This document shows, one piece after another, positions 40,546 to 50,898 of a stretch of 64,000 bases of DNA. The stretch covers positions 10,746-74,745 of the forward strand of contig JAJEGN010000012.1 in assembly GCA_022819855.1 (NCBI GenBank), read 5' to 3'. Both the position numbers and the translations under genes were made by a program. The stretch comes from Gammaproteobacteria bacterium. GTDB lineage: Bacteria; Pseudomonadota; Gammaproteobacteria; Steroidobacterales; Rariloculaceae. The notes beneath the pieces were generated by a model. That model was not told the DNA's origin. It saw only the letters and a list, made by a program, of their open reading frames with translations, and did not search any database. The first letter of the stretch is position 1. Each line of letters begins with the position of its first letter.

Positions 40546-42090
40546 ATGCGCTTGCTCCTTTCCACACTGAGCCGGCGCCGGTTCCTGTGTGACAGCGCCG
40601 GCGTCGCTGCTGCCGTTGCCGTTCCCGTATTGAGGTACGACCAGGTGGCCGCTGCCGATCTCCCGACCGAAATCACCGCCTTGTCCGCATCGCAGCTTTC
40701 CGATGCGATTCGGAACGGACAGGTGAGCTGCGTCGAGACGATGCAGGCTTACCTCGAGCGCATACACCGGCTCAATCCGGTCCATAACGCGATCGTCAGC
40801 ATGCTCGATGACGATGCCTGTCTTGCGCAGGCGAGACTGGCTGACGACGAACTCGCCGGGGGCATCTATCGCGGCTGGCTCCACGGCATTCCGCACGCGG
40901 TAAAGGACCTCGCCGATGCGCGGGGATTACCGACCAGCAACGGCTCGCCGATCGTTGCAGGCACCATGCCCGAAGCCGACGACCTGCACATCGCCCGCAT
41001 TCGCGAGGCAGGCGCAATCTTCATCGGCAAGACCAACGTGCCCGAATTCGGCACGGGCTCGCAGACCTACAACAACGTTTTTGGCGTGACCCGCAACGCC
41101 TACGACACGCAGCTCACGGCCGGCGGCAGCAGCGGAGGGGCGGCCGTCGGCATGGCGACTCGGATGCTGCCGATCGCCGACGGCAGCGACATGATGGGCT
41201 CCCTGCGCAATCCCGCCGCATTCAACAACGTCATCGGGTTCCGCCCGAGCCAGGGGCGTGTGCCGCGCACGCCGGAAGACCTGTTCTACAACCAGCTCTC
41301 GACGAACGGCCCGATGGGGCGCAATGTAGCCGACACGATCCGCCTGCTCGGCACGATGGCCGGTTTCGATGCGCGTGCGCCGATGATGATGCGCGACGAG
41401 CTGCCCGATCACGGCAGCTACCGGCCGACGCCTCTGGCGGGACTCACCATCGGCTGGCTCGGCGACCTCGACGGTCACTTCGCGATGGAGCCTGGCGTCA
41501 CCGAGCTTTGCGAACAGGCGCTAAGCGAACTCGAATCGCACGGCGCCCGGTATGACGGCGTCATGCCCGATTTCGACATGGATCGCCTGTGGCGAAGCTG
41601 GATCACGCTCAGGCACTGGTCGCAATCCGGACGCCAGCCGATGCTCGAGGGTCCCGCGCAACGCGCGCTGCTCAAGCCCGAGATGGTCTTCGAGATCGAA
41701 GGCAGTCTCGCACTGTCTGCTGCCGACATTCACGAAGCGTCCGTCTCCAGGGCGCAGTGGTACACGGCACTGCATGCGTTGTTCGAGCGTTTCGATCTGC
41801 TCGCGATACCGAGCGCACAGCTGTTCCCGTTTCCGGCCGAGCTGCATTGGCCGCGGGAAATCGCCGGACGCACGATGGATACCTATCACCGCTGGATGGA
41901 AGTCGTGATCGGCGCCTCGCTTGCCGGCGCGCCTGCCGTGAACGTTCCGGTCGGCTTCGACGCGCGGGGCAGGCCGATGGGGATGCAGCTCATCGGACCC
42001 TACGGCGGCGACCAGGCCGTACTCGAGGCAGCGCTTGCCTACGAACTGGTCACGGATCATCTCGACCGGCGACCACCGGATATCGATTGA
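40546..42090 (+). CDS. amidase-signature family amidase with Tat signal peptide
   Basis: The ATG at 40546 starts a twin-arginine motif (LSRRRFLCDSAG). The AS signature is GGSSGGAAVGMATRMLPIADGSDMMGSLRNPA, and the catalytic K lies in GIPHAVKD. Confidence 0.85.
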   Translation: MRLLLSTLSRRRFLCDSAGVAAAVAVPVLRYDQVAAADLPTEITALSASQLSDAIRNGQVSCVETMQAYLERIHRLNPVHNAIVSMLDDDACLAQARLADDELAGGIYRGWLHGIPHAVKDLADARGLPTSNGSPIVAGTMPEADDLHIARIREAGAIFIGKTNVPEFGTGSQTYNNVFGVTRNAYDTQLTAGGSSGGAAVGMATRMLPIADGSDMMGSLRNPAAFNNVIGFRPSQGRVPRTPEDLFYNQLSTNGPMGRNVADTIRLLGTMAGFDARAPMMMRDELPDHGSYRPTPLAGLTIGWLGDLDGHFAMEPGVTELCEQALSELESHGARYDGVMPDFDMDRLWRSWITLRHWSQSGRQPMLEGPAQRALLKPEMVFEIEGSLALSAADIHEASVSRAQWYTALHALFERFDLLAIPSAQLFPFPAELHWPREIAGRTMDTYHRWMEVVIGASLAGAPAVNVPVGFDARGRPMGMQLIGPYGGDQAVLEAALAYELVTDHLDRRPPDID

Positions 42091-42242
42091 AAGCGGCGCG
42101 GTGTCGCCGCGCACCATCTCGAGCTGTAGCCCGAACCTCCGAAGGGACCACGCCCATTGGCGCTCGCCCGGCCGGCTGGACTGCGGGGGTGACCGTGTTC
42201 AGGGGCGACCAGCCGCGGCGAACGCCAGCACCACGTACCTGA

Positions 42243-43613
42243 CTACACGAGTCCCTCTTTCCTGGCCCAGTCGAGCGTCTCGTCAAGCCCGCGCCGGAAG
42301 AGGTCGAAGATCTCGTCGATCTCTTCATCCGTCACGATGTAAGGCGGGCAGACCGCCACTGCGTCACCGATGGCGCGCACGATCAGCCCGTGGTCCTGGC
42401 AGAAATTCATGCATTTCGCACCGACCCCATGCCGTGCTTCGAACGAGGCCCTGGTCTCCTTGTTCGAAACGAGTTCGACCGCACCGACGAGGCCGATGCC
42501 TCTTGCCTCGCCGACAAGAGGATGCTCGCCGAGCGCCGCGAGCCGCGTCTGGAACTGCGGAGTGACCTCCCGGACGTGTTCGTAAAGCTTGCGCTCCTCG
42601 TAGATCTCGAGCGTACGCAGCGCAACGGCCGCAGCGACCGGATGACCGGAATACGTGAAACCGTGACCGAAGAGTCCCGCCTCGCCGCTCGGTTCGACCA
42701 GCGGTTCGTATAGAAACTCGGGCACGATGACGGCGCTGATCGGCAGGTAGGCCGATGAGAGGCCCTTGGCTGCCGTAATCGACGTCGGCCGCATGCCGAA
42801 CGTCTGCGCCCCCCAGGGGTTCCCGGTCCGGCCGAAACCGCAGATGACCTCGTCGTCGATGAGCAGGATCTCGTACTTCTCGAGTACGGCCTGGATCTTC
42901 CTGAAGTAGCCCTCGGGCGGCAACAGCACTCCGCCGACACCCATGAGGGGTTCCGCGATGAATGCGCCGATGGTTTCGGGGTCCTCCGCGACGATGAGCT
43001 TCTCGAGATTCTCGGCAAGCCGGGTCGAATACTGGTCCTCGGTCTCGCCGGCTTCGGCAAACCGGTAGTAGTGGGGGCAATCGGTGTGCCGGATGAAGTC
43101 GAGCGGCACGTCGAAATTTGCGTGGAAGGGCGGCAGCCCCGTCAGCCCGGCGGTGGCGAGCGTCGTGCCGTGGTAGCCCTTCTGCCGCGCGACGATCTTT
43201 TTCTTCTTCGGCTTGCCGAGAGCGTTGTGGTAGTACCAGACGAGCTTGATCTGCGTGTCGTTCCCATCGGAACCGGAGTTGCCGTAGAAGACGCGCGAGG
43301 CGTCGAACGGAGCCAGCGAAACCAGCTTCTCGGCGAGCAGGATGCCCGGCTCATGGCTCTTGCCCGCGAACAGGTGCGCAAACGTCAGCTTCCTGATCTG
43401 TTCGGCTGCAGTGCGTGCGAGTTCCTCGTCGCCATAGCCCAGCGTCGTGCACCAGAGCCCGGCCATCCCCTCGATGTAGCGCTTGCCGTGGTTATCCCAG
43501 ACATGGATGCCCTGGCCGCGGGTCAGAACCAGCGGTTCGGACTGCCGCAGGACGGCGAGATTCGTGTTCGGATGGAAGATGTGCTGGAGATCGAGTCCTT
43601 CCAGATTTGTCAT
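42243..43613 (-). CDS. class-III (omega-type) pyridoxal-phosphate aminotransferase
   Basis: The ATG at 43613 gives MTNLEGLDLQHIFHPNTNL. It also has GMAGLWCTTLGYG, FYGNSGSDGNDT, LLIDDEVICGFGRTG and a PLP-Lys region TAAKGLSSAY. The ORF-track N-terminal extension runs through a tRNA gene and was trimmed. Confidence 0.85.
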   Translation of the reverse strand: MTNLEGLDLQHIFHPNTNLAVLRQSEPLVLTRGQGIHVWDNHGKRYIEGMAGLWCTTLGYGDEELARTAAEQIRKLTFAHLFAGKSHEPGILLAEKLVSLAPFDASRVFYGNSGSDGNDTQIKLVWYYHNALGKPKKKKIVARQKGYHGTTLATAGLTGLPPFHANFDVPLDFIRHTDCPHYYRFAEAGETEDQYSTRLAENLEKLIVAEDPETIGAFIAEPLMGVGGVLLPPEGYFRKIQAVLEKYEILLIDDEVICGFGRTGNPWGAQTFGMRPTSITAAKGLSSAYLPISAVIVPEFLYEPLVEPSGEAGLFGHGFTYSGHPVAAAVALRTLEIYEERKLYEHVREVTPQFQTRLAALGEHPLVGEARGIGLVGAVELVSNKETRASFEARHGVGAKCMNFCQDHGLIVRAIGDAVAVCPPYIVTDEEIDEIFDLFRRGLDETLDWARKEGLV

Positions 43614-43717
43614 TGCGATGGGGCTCCGGAACGGGGAGGGGCGCAGATGATACCTGCCAACGCCTCCATCTGCGTTACGGTCTTCGCGACAAACGCAGCA
43701 CTTGCTGGAGGTGGAAG

Positions 43718-43793
43718 TGGCTCCCCGGGCCGGACTCGAACCAGCGACAAGTCGGTTAACAGCCGACTGCTCTACCAACTGAGCTACCGGGGA
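43718..43793 (-). tRNA. tRNA-Asn (anticodon GTT)
   Basis: Folded by hand as a 76-nt cloverleaf. The acceptor stem is tccccgg/ccgggga, the anticodon stem is gtcgg/ccgac, the loop is ctGTTaa, the T-loop is ttcgagt, and the 3' CCA is encoded. Confidence 0.9.
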
Positions 43794-43811
43794 ACCGTGA
43801 TAGGCGTGCGC

Positions 43812-43840
43812 ATTGTCCGGGAACGCTTGGGGCAAGTCAA
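43812..43840 (-). promoter_or_regulatory. putative sigma70 promoter of tRNA-Asn
   Basis: The minus strand reads TTGACT-17 nt-GACAAT, followed by a GC-rich discriminator (gcgcacgcc). The -10 ends about 18 nt before the tRNA 5' end. Confidence 0.4.
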
Positions 43841-44002
43841 GCGACAATCCTGGAATTTCCCATTGTTTCAGCAGCTTAGCTGAATATTTTGGATTCGGAT
43901 AAGGCCTTGCGCGACCCAGGGCAGGGATGGCCTCGGACATCGCCACTCGCTCGATCCTGCCGCGTTCCTGTCAGGTTGCGGTCTTTGTTTGTGCCGGATG
44001 GC

Positions 44003-45223
44003 TCAGGACGCCGCGAACGCCTCGATCCTGTCGAGCGCGACGTTGAGTGTCTCAAGCGCTGCGGCATACGAAATACGTAGATGCGCCGGCGCGCCGAAGG
44101 CCGACCCGGGCACGACCGCGACACCCGCCTCATCGAGGAGCCGCTCGCACAGGGCAACGTCGCTGTCGAGACCCATCGAGGACATCAGGCTTTCAACGTT
44201 CGGGAGGAGATAGAACGCGCCCCGGCCTGGCATGCACTCGATGCCTTCGATCCGGTTCAGGCGTTCGACGACGAATGCGTGGCGATCCCTGAACGACTCG
44301 CGCATCTGCGCGAGGAAGCTCTGGTCGCCGCCGAGCGCGACGCAGGCGGCTGCCTGCGAGACGGCGCAGGCGTTGGTCGTGCTCTGGCTCTGGATGGTTG
44401 CCATCGCGTGGATGATCGGTTCCGGGCCTGCCGCGTAACCGATGCGCCAGCCGCTCATCGCGTAGCCCTTGGACACGCCGTTGACCGTAAGTACGCGGTC
44501 GCGCAGCTGCGGACAGGCCGCGGCCAGGCTCGTGAACGGCTCATCGTGCCAGCAGATGTGCTCGTAGATCTCGTCTGACAGGACTACGACCCCTGGATGT
44601 TCGCGCAGCGCTTCTCCGAGTCCGATCCAGTCATCGGGTGAGTAGACCGCACCTGTCGGATTGCACGGGCTGTTGACGATCAGGAGCCGGGTCCGGTCGG
44701 TGATCGCCGCCGAGAGTTGGTCCGGGCTCATCAGAAATCCGCGTTCGCGGCGAGTAGCAACGATGACCGGCTCCGCATTCGCAAGCCGCACCATGTCCGG
44801 GTAGGACACCCAGTAGGGCGCCGGAATGATGACCTCGTCGCCGGGATCGAGCAGCGCCTGGCAGATGTTGTAGCACGATTGCTTCGCGCCGCTGGAGACG
44901 ATGATCTGCTCCGGCCGGAAGTCGAGCCCATTGTCGCGCTTGAACTTGCGGACGATCGCCTCTTTGAGGGCGCTCGATCCCGTGAGCGGCGTGTACCTCG
45001 TCTCGCCGCGCCTGATTGCCGCGATGGCCTCTGCCTTGACATGTTCGGGCGTCTCGAAGTCGGATTCGCCCGCGCTCAGGCTGACGATCTCCCGGCCCTG
45101 TTCGCGCAGTTCGAGCGCCCGTGCCGTGATGCTGACGGTGGCCGAGGGCCGGATGCGCAGCAGCCTGCGCGCTAGGCGGGTACTCAAGATGGACTGACCT
45201 TTCAAACGCTCGGGCGGGGTCAC
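44003..45223 (-). CDS. class-I pyridoxal-phosphate aminotransferase (aspartate/aromatic aminotransferase-like)
   Basis: Sequence [20 protein letters not shown]...[14 protein letters not shown]...[12 protein letters not shown]...NSPCNPTG...[17 protein letters not shown]. It is divergent from uvrB, as in pseudomonads. The start codon is GTG. Confidence 0.85.
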   Translation of the reverse strand: MTPPERLKGQSILSTRLARRLLRIRPSATVSITARALELREQGREIVSLSAGESDFETPEHVKAEAIAAIRRGETRYTPLTGSSALKEAIVRKFKRDNGLDFRPEQIIVSSGAKQSCYNICQALLDPGDEVIIPAPYWVSYPDMVRLANAEPVIVATRRERGFLMSPDQLSAAITDRTRLLIVNSPCNPTGAVYSPDDWIGLGEALREHPGVVVLSDEIYEHICWHDEPFTSLAAACPQLRDRVLTVNGVSKGYAMSGWRIGYAAGPEPIIHAMATIQSQSTTNACAVSQAAACVALGGDQSFLAQMRESFRDRHAFVVERLNRIEGIECMPGRGAFYLLPNVESLMSSMGLDSDVALCERLLDEAGVAVVPGSAFGAPAHLRISYAAALETLNVALDRIEAFAAS

Positions 45224-45273
45224 ATAATCTTACGATTGCGACTTCCTGGCTCCAAGCGACTCCCTGCAACGCA

Positions 45274-47295
45274 ATGGCCGACAGACCTTTTGAACTCGTT
45301 TCCGGCTACGAGCCCAGCGGCGATCAGCCGCAGGCCATCGCGGGCCTGGTCGAAGGCGTTCAGGACGGTCTGAGCCAGCAGATCCTGCTCGGCGTGACAG
45401 GTTCCGGCAAGACCTACACGATGGCGAACGTCGTGACCGCCGTGCAGCGCCCGACCCTGATCCTCGCGCACAACAAGACGCTCGCGGCCCAGCTCTACGG
45501 GGAGATGCGGGAGTTCTTTCCGCATAACGCCGTCGAGTACTTCGTGTCGTATTACGACTATTACCAGCCGGAGGCCTACCTGCCGACGACGGACACGTAC
45601 ATCGAGAAGGACGCCTCGATCAACAATCACATCGAGCAGATGCGGCTGTCGGCGACCAAGGCGCTGCTCGAACGCCGTGACGTCGTCATCGTCGCGACCG
45701 TCTCGGCGATCTACGGTCTCGGGGATCCCGAGGCGTATCACGGTATGGTCCTCCACCTGGTCCGCGGCCATTCCATCAACCAGCGAGCCCTGTTGCGGCG
45801 GCTGGCCGAGCTTCAGTACACGCGCAACCCGCTCGATCTGAGCCGGGGCAGCTTCCGTGTCCGCGGCGATGTCGTCGACATCTTTCCGGCGGAGTCCGAG
45901 CGCGATGCGGTGCGCGTGGAACTGTTCGATGACGAAATCGAGACCATCAGCCTGTTCGATCCGCTGACCGGCGAAGTTCTGTCACGGACGCCGCGGATCA
46001 CAATCTATCCCAAGACCCATTACGTCACCCCGCGTGAGACGCTCGTCGCGGCCGTCGACCAGATACGCGAAGAACTCGCCTTGCGGCTCAAGGGGCTGCG
46101 CGAGGCGGACAAGCTCGTCGAGGCGCAGCGCCTCGAGCAGCGCACGCGCTTCGATATGGAGATGATCCTCGAGGTGGGCTTCTGCACCGGCATCGAGAAC
46201 TACTCTCGTTATCTCTCGGGGCGCAGGGAGGGACAAGCTCCACCGTGCCTGTTCGACTATCTCCCGGACGACGCGCTGCTCTTCGTCGACGAAAGCCACG
46301 TTACGATCCCGCAACTCGGGGGCATGTACCGCGGCGACCGCTCCCGCAAGGAAACCCTCGTCGAGTACGGGTTTCGCCTGCCGTCGGCGCTCGACAACCG
46401 CCCGCTGCGTTTCGACGAATACGAGGGCATGGCGCCGCAGACGATATTCGTCTCCGCAACGCCCGGCCGTTACGAGACGGAACGCGGCGTTGACATCGTC
46501 GAGCAGGTCGTGCGTCCCACCGGGCTCGTCGATCCGGAGGTCGAGCTTCGGCCGGCCAGCACACAGGTCGACGATGTCCTGTCCGAAATCGGCGCGCGGG
46601 TCGAGCTTTCCGAGCGCGTGCTGATCACGACACTGACCAAGCGCATGGCCGAGGACCTGACCGACTATCTCCAGGAACACGGTGTCCGTGTACGCTATCT
46701 GCATTCGGACATCGAAACCGTCGAGCGTACCGAGATCATCCGCGATCTCAGGCTCGGCGAGTTCGACGTGCTCGTCGGGATCAACCTGTTGCGCGAGGGG
46801 CTCGATATGCCGGAGGTTTCGCTCGTCGCGATCTTCGACGCGGACAAGGAAGGCTTCCTGAGATCCGAAGGGTCGCTGATCCAGACGATCGGCCGCGCGG
46901 CCCGTAACGTCCGCGGCAAGGCCATCCTCTATGCCGACGAGGTGACCGGGTCGATGCAGCGCGCGATCGACGAAACGAACCGCCGCCGGAACAAACAGTT
47001 GCGGTACAACAGCGAACACGGCATCGAACCGCGCTCGATCGTCAAGGGCATCCAGGACATCATGGAAGGCGCCAGGGCCGCTGCACGGCCGCGGCGCCGC
47101 GACAGGGCACGCGGGGCGCGCCGCGCAGCGGCCGGGCTGACGCCCGATCAGGTGTTCGCGCGTATCCGGGAACTCGAGAAACGCATGTACGCCCATGCCC
47201 GAGATCTTGAATTCGAAAGGGCGGCGAAGCTGCGTGACGAGATCGAGGAACTCAGACGCGACGGGATCGGTTTGCCCGAGCAGGTGGCAGGCTAA
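45274..47295 (+). CDS. uvrB: excinuclease ABC subunit B
   Basis: Sequence [23 protein letters not shown]...[16 protein letters not shown]. Helicase motifs and a C-terminal UVR domain ([16 protein letters not shown]) are present. Confidence 0.95.
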   Translation: MADRPFELVSGYEPSGDQPQAIAGLVEGVQDGLSQQILLGVTGSGKTYTMANVVTAVQRPTLILAHNKTLAAQLYGEMREFFPHNAVEYFVSYYDYYQPEAYLPTTDTYIEKDASINNHIEQMRLSATKALLERRDVVIVATVSAIYGLGDPEAYHGMVLHLVRGHSINQRALLRRLAELQYTRNPLDLSRGSFRVRGDVVDIFPAESERDAVRVELFDDEIETISLFDPLTGEVLSRTPRITIYPKTHYVTPRETLVAAVDQIREELALRLKGLREADKLVEAQRLEQRTRFDMEMILEVGFCTGIENYSRYLSGRREGQAPPCLFDYLPDDALLFVDESHVTIPQLGGMYRGDRSRKETLVEYGFRLPSALDNRPLRFDEYEGMAPQTIFVSATPGRYETERGVDIVEQVVRPTGLVDPEVELRPASTQVDDVLSEIGARVELSERVLITTLTKRMAEDLTDYLQEHGVRVRYLHSDIETVERTEIIRDLRLGEFDVLVGINLLREGLDMPEVSLVAIFDADKEGFLRSEGSLIQTIGRAARNVRGKAILYADEVTGSMQRAIDETNRRRNKQLRYNSEHGIEPRSIVKGIQDIMEGARAAARPRRRDRARGARRAAAGLTPDQVFARIRELEKRMYAHARDLEFERAAKLRDEIEELRRDGIGLPEQVAG

Positions 47296-47448
47296 CGCTT
47301 CATCTCGAAAGTCACGCTACATGGGGTGGAAGACGGCATCGTCGAAGCCCGCTGGGCAAGCGGCGGTGCGGAGCTTCCTCCCGATTCGCCGGAGTCGCGG
47401 CGGCGCGTTGCGGCCGGCTCCGATTCTCGGGTATCGTTGCGCGTCTTC

Positions 47449-47523
47449 AGGCGCGTAGCTCAGTGGTAGAGCACCACCTTGACATGGTGGGGGTCGTTGG
47501 TTCAATCCCAATCGCGCCTACCA
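47449..47523 (+). tRNA. tRNA-Val (anticodon GAC)
   Basis: Hand-folded 75-nt cloverleaf. The acceptor stem is aggcgcg/cgcgcct, the anticodon stem is ccacc/ggtgg, the loop is ttGACat, the T-loop is ttcaatc, and the CCA is encoded. Confidence 0.9.
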
Positions 47524-47543
47524 GCTTCAAAAGGGAGCAAATC

Positions 47544-48422
47544 ATGTGCGACGACAGAACATTCCGGGAGTCCAGCGAGTATCTGAAGAGCCAAAGCGAA
47601 CTGACGCGGCGCGAATTCGGTGCGCTTTCGGCAGGAACCGGGCTCGCCATGCTGTTGCCGCGGGCAGCGAACGCCCAGGAGGTCACCGAGCAGGACGTCG
47701 AAGTCACCACACCCGATGGCGTGGCTGACTGTTATTTCGTGCATCCCTCGGCCGGCGCCCATCCGGGCGTCGTGGTCTGGCCCGACATTCTGGGCCTGCG
47801 TCCGGCTTTCCGGCAGATGGGCCGCCGGCTCGCCGAATCGGGCTATTCGGTGCTCGTGGTCAATCCCTTCTACCGTTCGGCGCGCGCACCTGTCGTGCCC
47901 GAAGGCGCGAGCTTCCAGGACGAGTCCGTCAGGAACACGGTGTTCCCCATGGCCGGTCAGCTCAATGCCGAAACACATGTCACCGATGCCAGGGCTTTTG
48001 TCGATTTCCTGGATACCCAGGCGGCTGTCGACCCGGACCGAAAGATGGGAACGACCGGCTACTGCATGGGCGGTCCGATGACGATGCGCACGGCCTGGGC
48101 GCGCGCGGACCGTGTCGGCGCGGGTGCATCGTTTCATGGCGGCGGGCTCGTGACCGACCAGCCGGACAGTCCGCACCTGCTCGTCGACGAGATGGATGCG
48201 CATTACCTCTTCGCCATCGCCGAGAACGACGACATGAACGATCCGGAGGCAAAGAACGTGCTGCGCGAGACCTTCGCCAGTGCCGGGCTTCCCGCCGAGA
48301 TCGAGGTTTACGAAGGTGCGCTGCACGGCTGGTGTCCGCCGGACTCGGCGGTCTACCACGAGGCGCAGGCCGAGCGCGCCTGGAGCCGGCTGCTCGTGCT
48401 GTTCGAGACGGCGCTCGCGTAG
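47544..48422 (+). CDS. dienelactone hydrolase family protein with Tat-type signal
   Basis: The ATG at 47544 starts a sequence with TRREFGALSAGTGLAMLLPRAANA. It also has HPGVVVWPDILGLRP, the nucleophile elbow TGYCMGG and GALHGW. The ORF-track N-terminus reads through tRNA-Val and was trimmed. Confidence 0.8.
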   Translation: MCDDRTFRESSEYLKSQSELTRREFGALSAGTGLAMLLPRAANAQEVTEQDVEVTTPDGVADCYFVHPSAGAHPGVVVWPDILGLRPAFRQMGRRLAESGYSVLVVNPFYRSARAPVVPEGASFQDESVRNTVFPMAGQLNAETHVTDARAFVDFLDTQAAVDPDRKMGTTGYCMGGPMTMRTAWARADRVGAGASFHGGGLVTDQPDSPHLLVDEMDAHYLFAIAENDDMNDPEAKNVLRETFASAGLPAEIEVYEGALHGWCPPDSAVYHEAQAERAWSRLLVLFETALA

Positions 48423-48587
48423 CCGTGGCAATGCCTGTACCGGAGCCTCTGAAGAGAATACTGAACGCTCCGTACGGAATAGCGCTGATCGTGAGTGTGT
48501 TCCTGAACTGTGTCATGGCGATGTCGCGTTCGCATCAGGTACGATCATCGGATAGTTCCCGTGCATCCGCTCAATGGAGGGATCTGC

Positions 48588-49025
48588 ATGAACGTCAGGC
48601 CAGTGATCCTCTGCACTTTCGCTGCAGCGCTGCTGCTCGGCTCAGATGCTGCACGCGCGCATCACGGTGACGCGGGACGTTACGACGAAGCCATCACGAG
48701 GCTTACCGGGACGGTCGTTGCGCTGCAGTTCATCAACCCGCACTCGATCATCATCGTCGATGTTGCGGGCGAGAGCGGCCAGACCCAGCGTTGGCAGGTC
48801 GAGGTCTCGAACGCGACGGGACTGGCCCGCATCGGCTGGACCCGGGACACCCTCAAGCCCGGCGATCCGGTCACGATGGCCGGGCGAGCCGTCAAGAGCG
48901 GGGCGCCGTATATCAACCTGAGCGAGAACTCCAGGCTCGCCCGCGGCGACACCTGCGAGGAACTCTTCCACAGTGGCATGGGGTCCGGGCGCGAACCCGA
49001 CTATCCGCCGCTGAGCTGCGATTAG
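48588..49025 (+). CDS. small secreted protein, DUF6152-like (paralogue C)
   Basis: The ATG at 48588 has a ggaggg SD. The signal peptide ends AARA, followed by HHGD. Blocks FINPH and LKPGDPVTM are present. Confidence 0.65.
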   Translation: MNVRPVILCTFAAALLLGSDAARAHHGDAGRYDEAITRLTGTVVALQFINPHSIIIVDVAGESGQTQRWQVEVSNATGLARIGWTRDTLKPGDPVTMAGRAVKSGAPYINLSENSRLARGDTCEELFHSGMGSGREPDYPPLSCD

Positions 49026-49044
49026 CGCGATCGGGCACCATGGC

Positions 49045-50700
49045 ATGGCGGTTGCGAACATGATCAAGCGCCGCTGGGGCGCCGCGTGGGTGTTTGATGC
49101 CACGGTGGCGTTTTGTTTCGCAGCTGCGCTCTCGCTCTTCCTCCTCCTTCTCGATTCGGCGCTAACGGCCCATGCGCAGGCGCCGACAGCTTTCGACGCC
49201 ACGGCGCCGCTGACGCAGACCGCCTACCTCAAGGCATCGAACACCGGGGCGGGCGATCAGTTCGGAACCGGGGGCACGCTGCTCGGCAATGCGGTCGCGC
49301 TCAGCGCCGACGGCGGCACACTGGCCGTGGGCGCCCCGTTCGAGAGCAGCGCCGCGACCGGGATCGACGGGGTCGAGGACGACGACTCGACCTACGGCGC
49401 CGGCGCCGTCTACGTTTTCACGCACGATGCCGGCGGCTGGACGCAGGAGGCTTACGTCAAGGCCTCCAACGCCGGCCTGACCGATTACTTCGGTTACGCG
49501 GTGGCTCTGAGCGCGGACGGCAACACGCTGGCGGTCTCGGCTTACTTCGAGGCGAGCGGCGATACCGGCGTCAACGGCAACCAGGACGACGATTCGCTGC
49601 CGCAGGCAGGCGCCGTCTACGTGTTTGTTCGCGATGGCGCGGGCTGGTCGCAGCAGGCCTATCTCAAGGCATCGAACACGCAGGCGGGCGGTTTCCAGAA
49701 CGAACTGGAAGGCGGCGACCAGTTCGGCTTCGCACTCGCCCTGTCGGCCGACGGCGACACGCTGGCGGTCTCGGCAATCGATGAGGATGGAGGCTCGCCG
49801 GGTATCAACGGCAACCCGGCTGACAATTCGCTGCGCTCTGCCGGCGCGGTGTATCTCTATCGACGCTCCGGCAATGAATGGACTCAGCAGGCCTATGTCA
49901 AGGCAAGCAATCCCGGCGCCAACGATTATTTCGGCTATGCCGTCGCGCTCACCGCCAACGGAGACACGCTCGCCGTCGGGGCCTACGATGAAGACGGTTC
50001 GCTGGCCGCGACCAACGACCGCCAGGACGACGACGTTTTCGGGACAGGCGCGGTCTACCTGTTCGATTACACCGACGGGCAATGGCGGCAGACAGGCTAT
50101 CTCAAGGCCGCCAACGCCGAGGCGAGCGACTCGCTCGGCGTCTCCGTCGCCATCAGCGCTGACGGACGAACGCTGGCGGCGACGGCGCTCGACGAAGACA
50201 GCGCAACCACGGGCGTCAATTCGACGCCCGTACCCGACCGCACGGCCGATACCTCTACCGGTGCAGTCTATGTCTTCATCAAGGAAAGCGGTGCCTGGTC
50301 GCAACAGGCCTACATCAAGGCGTCCAATACCGGCGCATACGATCAATTCGGAGCCCGCCTGAGTCTGAGCGGCGACGGCGATACGCTCGCAGTCGGCGCA
50401 CAGCTCGAAGACAGCGCTGCACGCGGCATCGGGGGCCCGCAGAACGACGACAGCGCCCAGGAAGCGGGGGCCGTCTATCTCTTTAGCCGTAACGGCGCCG
50501 TCTGGAGCCAGGACGCCTATATCAAGGCATCCAATGCCGAGGCCTATGACGAGTTCGGCGGCGCCGTGGCGCTGAATCGCGACGGTTCCGTGCTGGCCGT
50601 AGGAGCCCGCGGCGAAGACAGCACCACCACGAGCCACGATGGCGACGAGTCGGACAATTCGGCGTTTGAGTCAGGCGCCGTGTATCTGTTCACGCGCTGA
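49045..50700 (+). CDS. secreted FG-GAP/integrin-alpha-like repeat protein, seven blades
   Basis: A signal/TM segment is followed by seven roughly 65-75-aa repeats of the pattern AY(L/V/I)KASN...D.FG..(V/L)ALSADG.TLAVGA..E(D/S)S...G(I/V)NG...DDS...AGAVY(V/L)F.R.G..W.QQ. It starts 19 nt after DUF6152-C. Confidence 0.75.
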   Translation: MAVANMIKRRWGAAWVFDATVAFCFAAALSLFLLLLDSALTAHAQAPTAFDATAPLTQTAYLKASNTGAGDQFGTGGTLLGNAVALSADGGTLAVGAPFESSAATGIDGVEDDDSTYGAGAVYVFTHDAGGWTQEAYVKASNAGLTDYFGYAVALSADGNTLAVSAYFEASGDTGVNGNQDDDSLPQAGAVYVFVRDGAGWSQQAYLKASNTQAGGFQNELEGGDQFGFALALSADGDTLAVSAIDEDGGSPGINGNPADNSLRSAGAVYLYRRSGNEWTQQAYVKASNPGANDYFGYAVALTANGDTLAVGAYDEDGSLAATNDRQDDDVFGTGAVYLFDYTDGQWRQTGYLKAANAEASDSLGVSVAISADGRTLAATALDEDSATTGVNSTPVPDRTADTSTGAVYVFIKESGAWSQQAYIKASNTGAYDQFGARLSLSGDGDTLAVGAQLEDSAARGIGGPQNDDSAQEAGAVYLFSRNGAVWSQDAYIKASNAEAYDEFGGAVALNRDGSVLAVGARGEDSTTTSHDGDESDNSAFESGAVYLFTR

Positions 50701-50898
50701 CCGGTCGCAGCCCTGCGACACGTGCGGAATTGCGTTTGCGGCCTGTTGGCCGCGATTGCCTGTCCACGATGAGTCAAGCCGCCGGACGCCGGTACCTTGC
50801 GCGCGCATGCCCCCCGGTGTCGGCAAGCTCCCATGGATCGAGGTGCGTGGTAGTAGAATACGCCGCTACCGATCATTCGCTCGACAGGGTGAGTCGCC

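Noticed and set aside
30134-43840. Genomic island integrated next to tRNA-Asn
   Set aside because: There is no integrase, transposase or phage gene. I could find no direct repeat of the tRNA 3' end. By eye, GC content and codon style are indistinguishable from the flanking core genes. I therefore report it only as a non-syntenic accessory block.
42243-43946. 567-aa version of the omega-transaminase ORF extending upstream
   Set aside because: The extension reads straight through the tRNA-Asn gene (43718-43793) and its promoter. The ATG at 43613 gives the normal MTNLEGLD... N-terminus.
47296-47448. Promoter for tRNA-Val (ttgcgg-18-tatcgt) and a hairpin terminator after uvrB
   Set aside because: The matches to consensus are weak, the stems are imperfect, and there is no U-tract. 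The evidence is not strong enough to annotate.
47463-47543. N-terminal extension of the dienelactone hydrolase ORF
   Set aside because: It is the translation of tRNA-Val (47449-47523). The real start is the ATG at 47544, preceded by aagggag.
49230-50697. Tandem DNA repeat / VNTR in the FG-GAP gene
   Set aside because: The seven units are conserved at the protein-motif level but clearly diverged at the DNA level and vary in length. They are ancient protein repeats rather than a recent, unstable tandem array.
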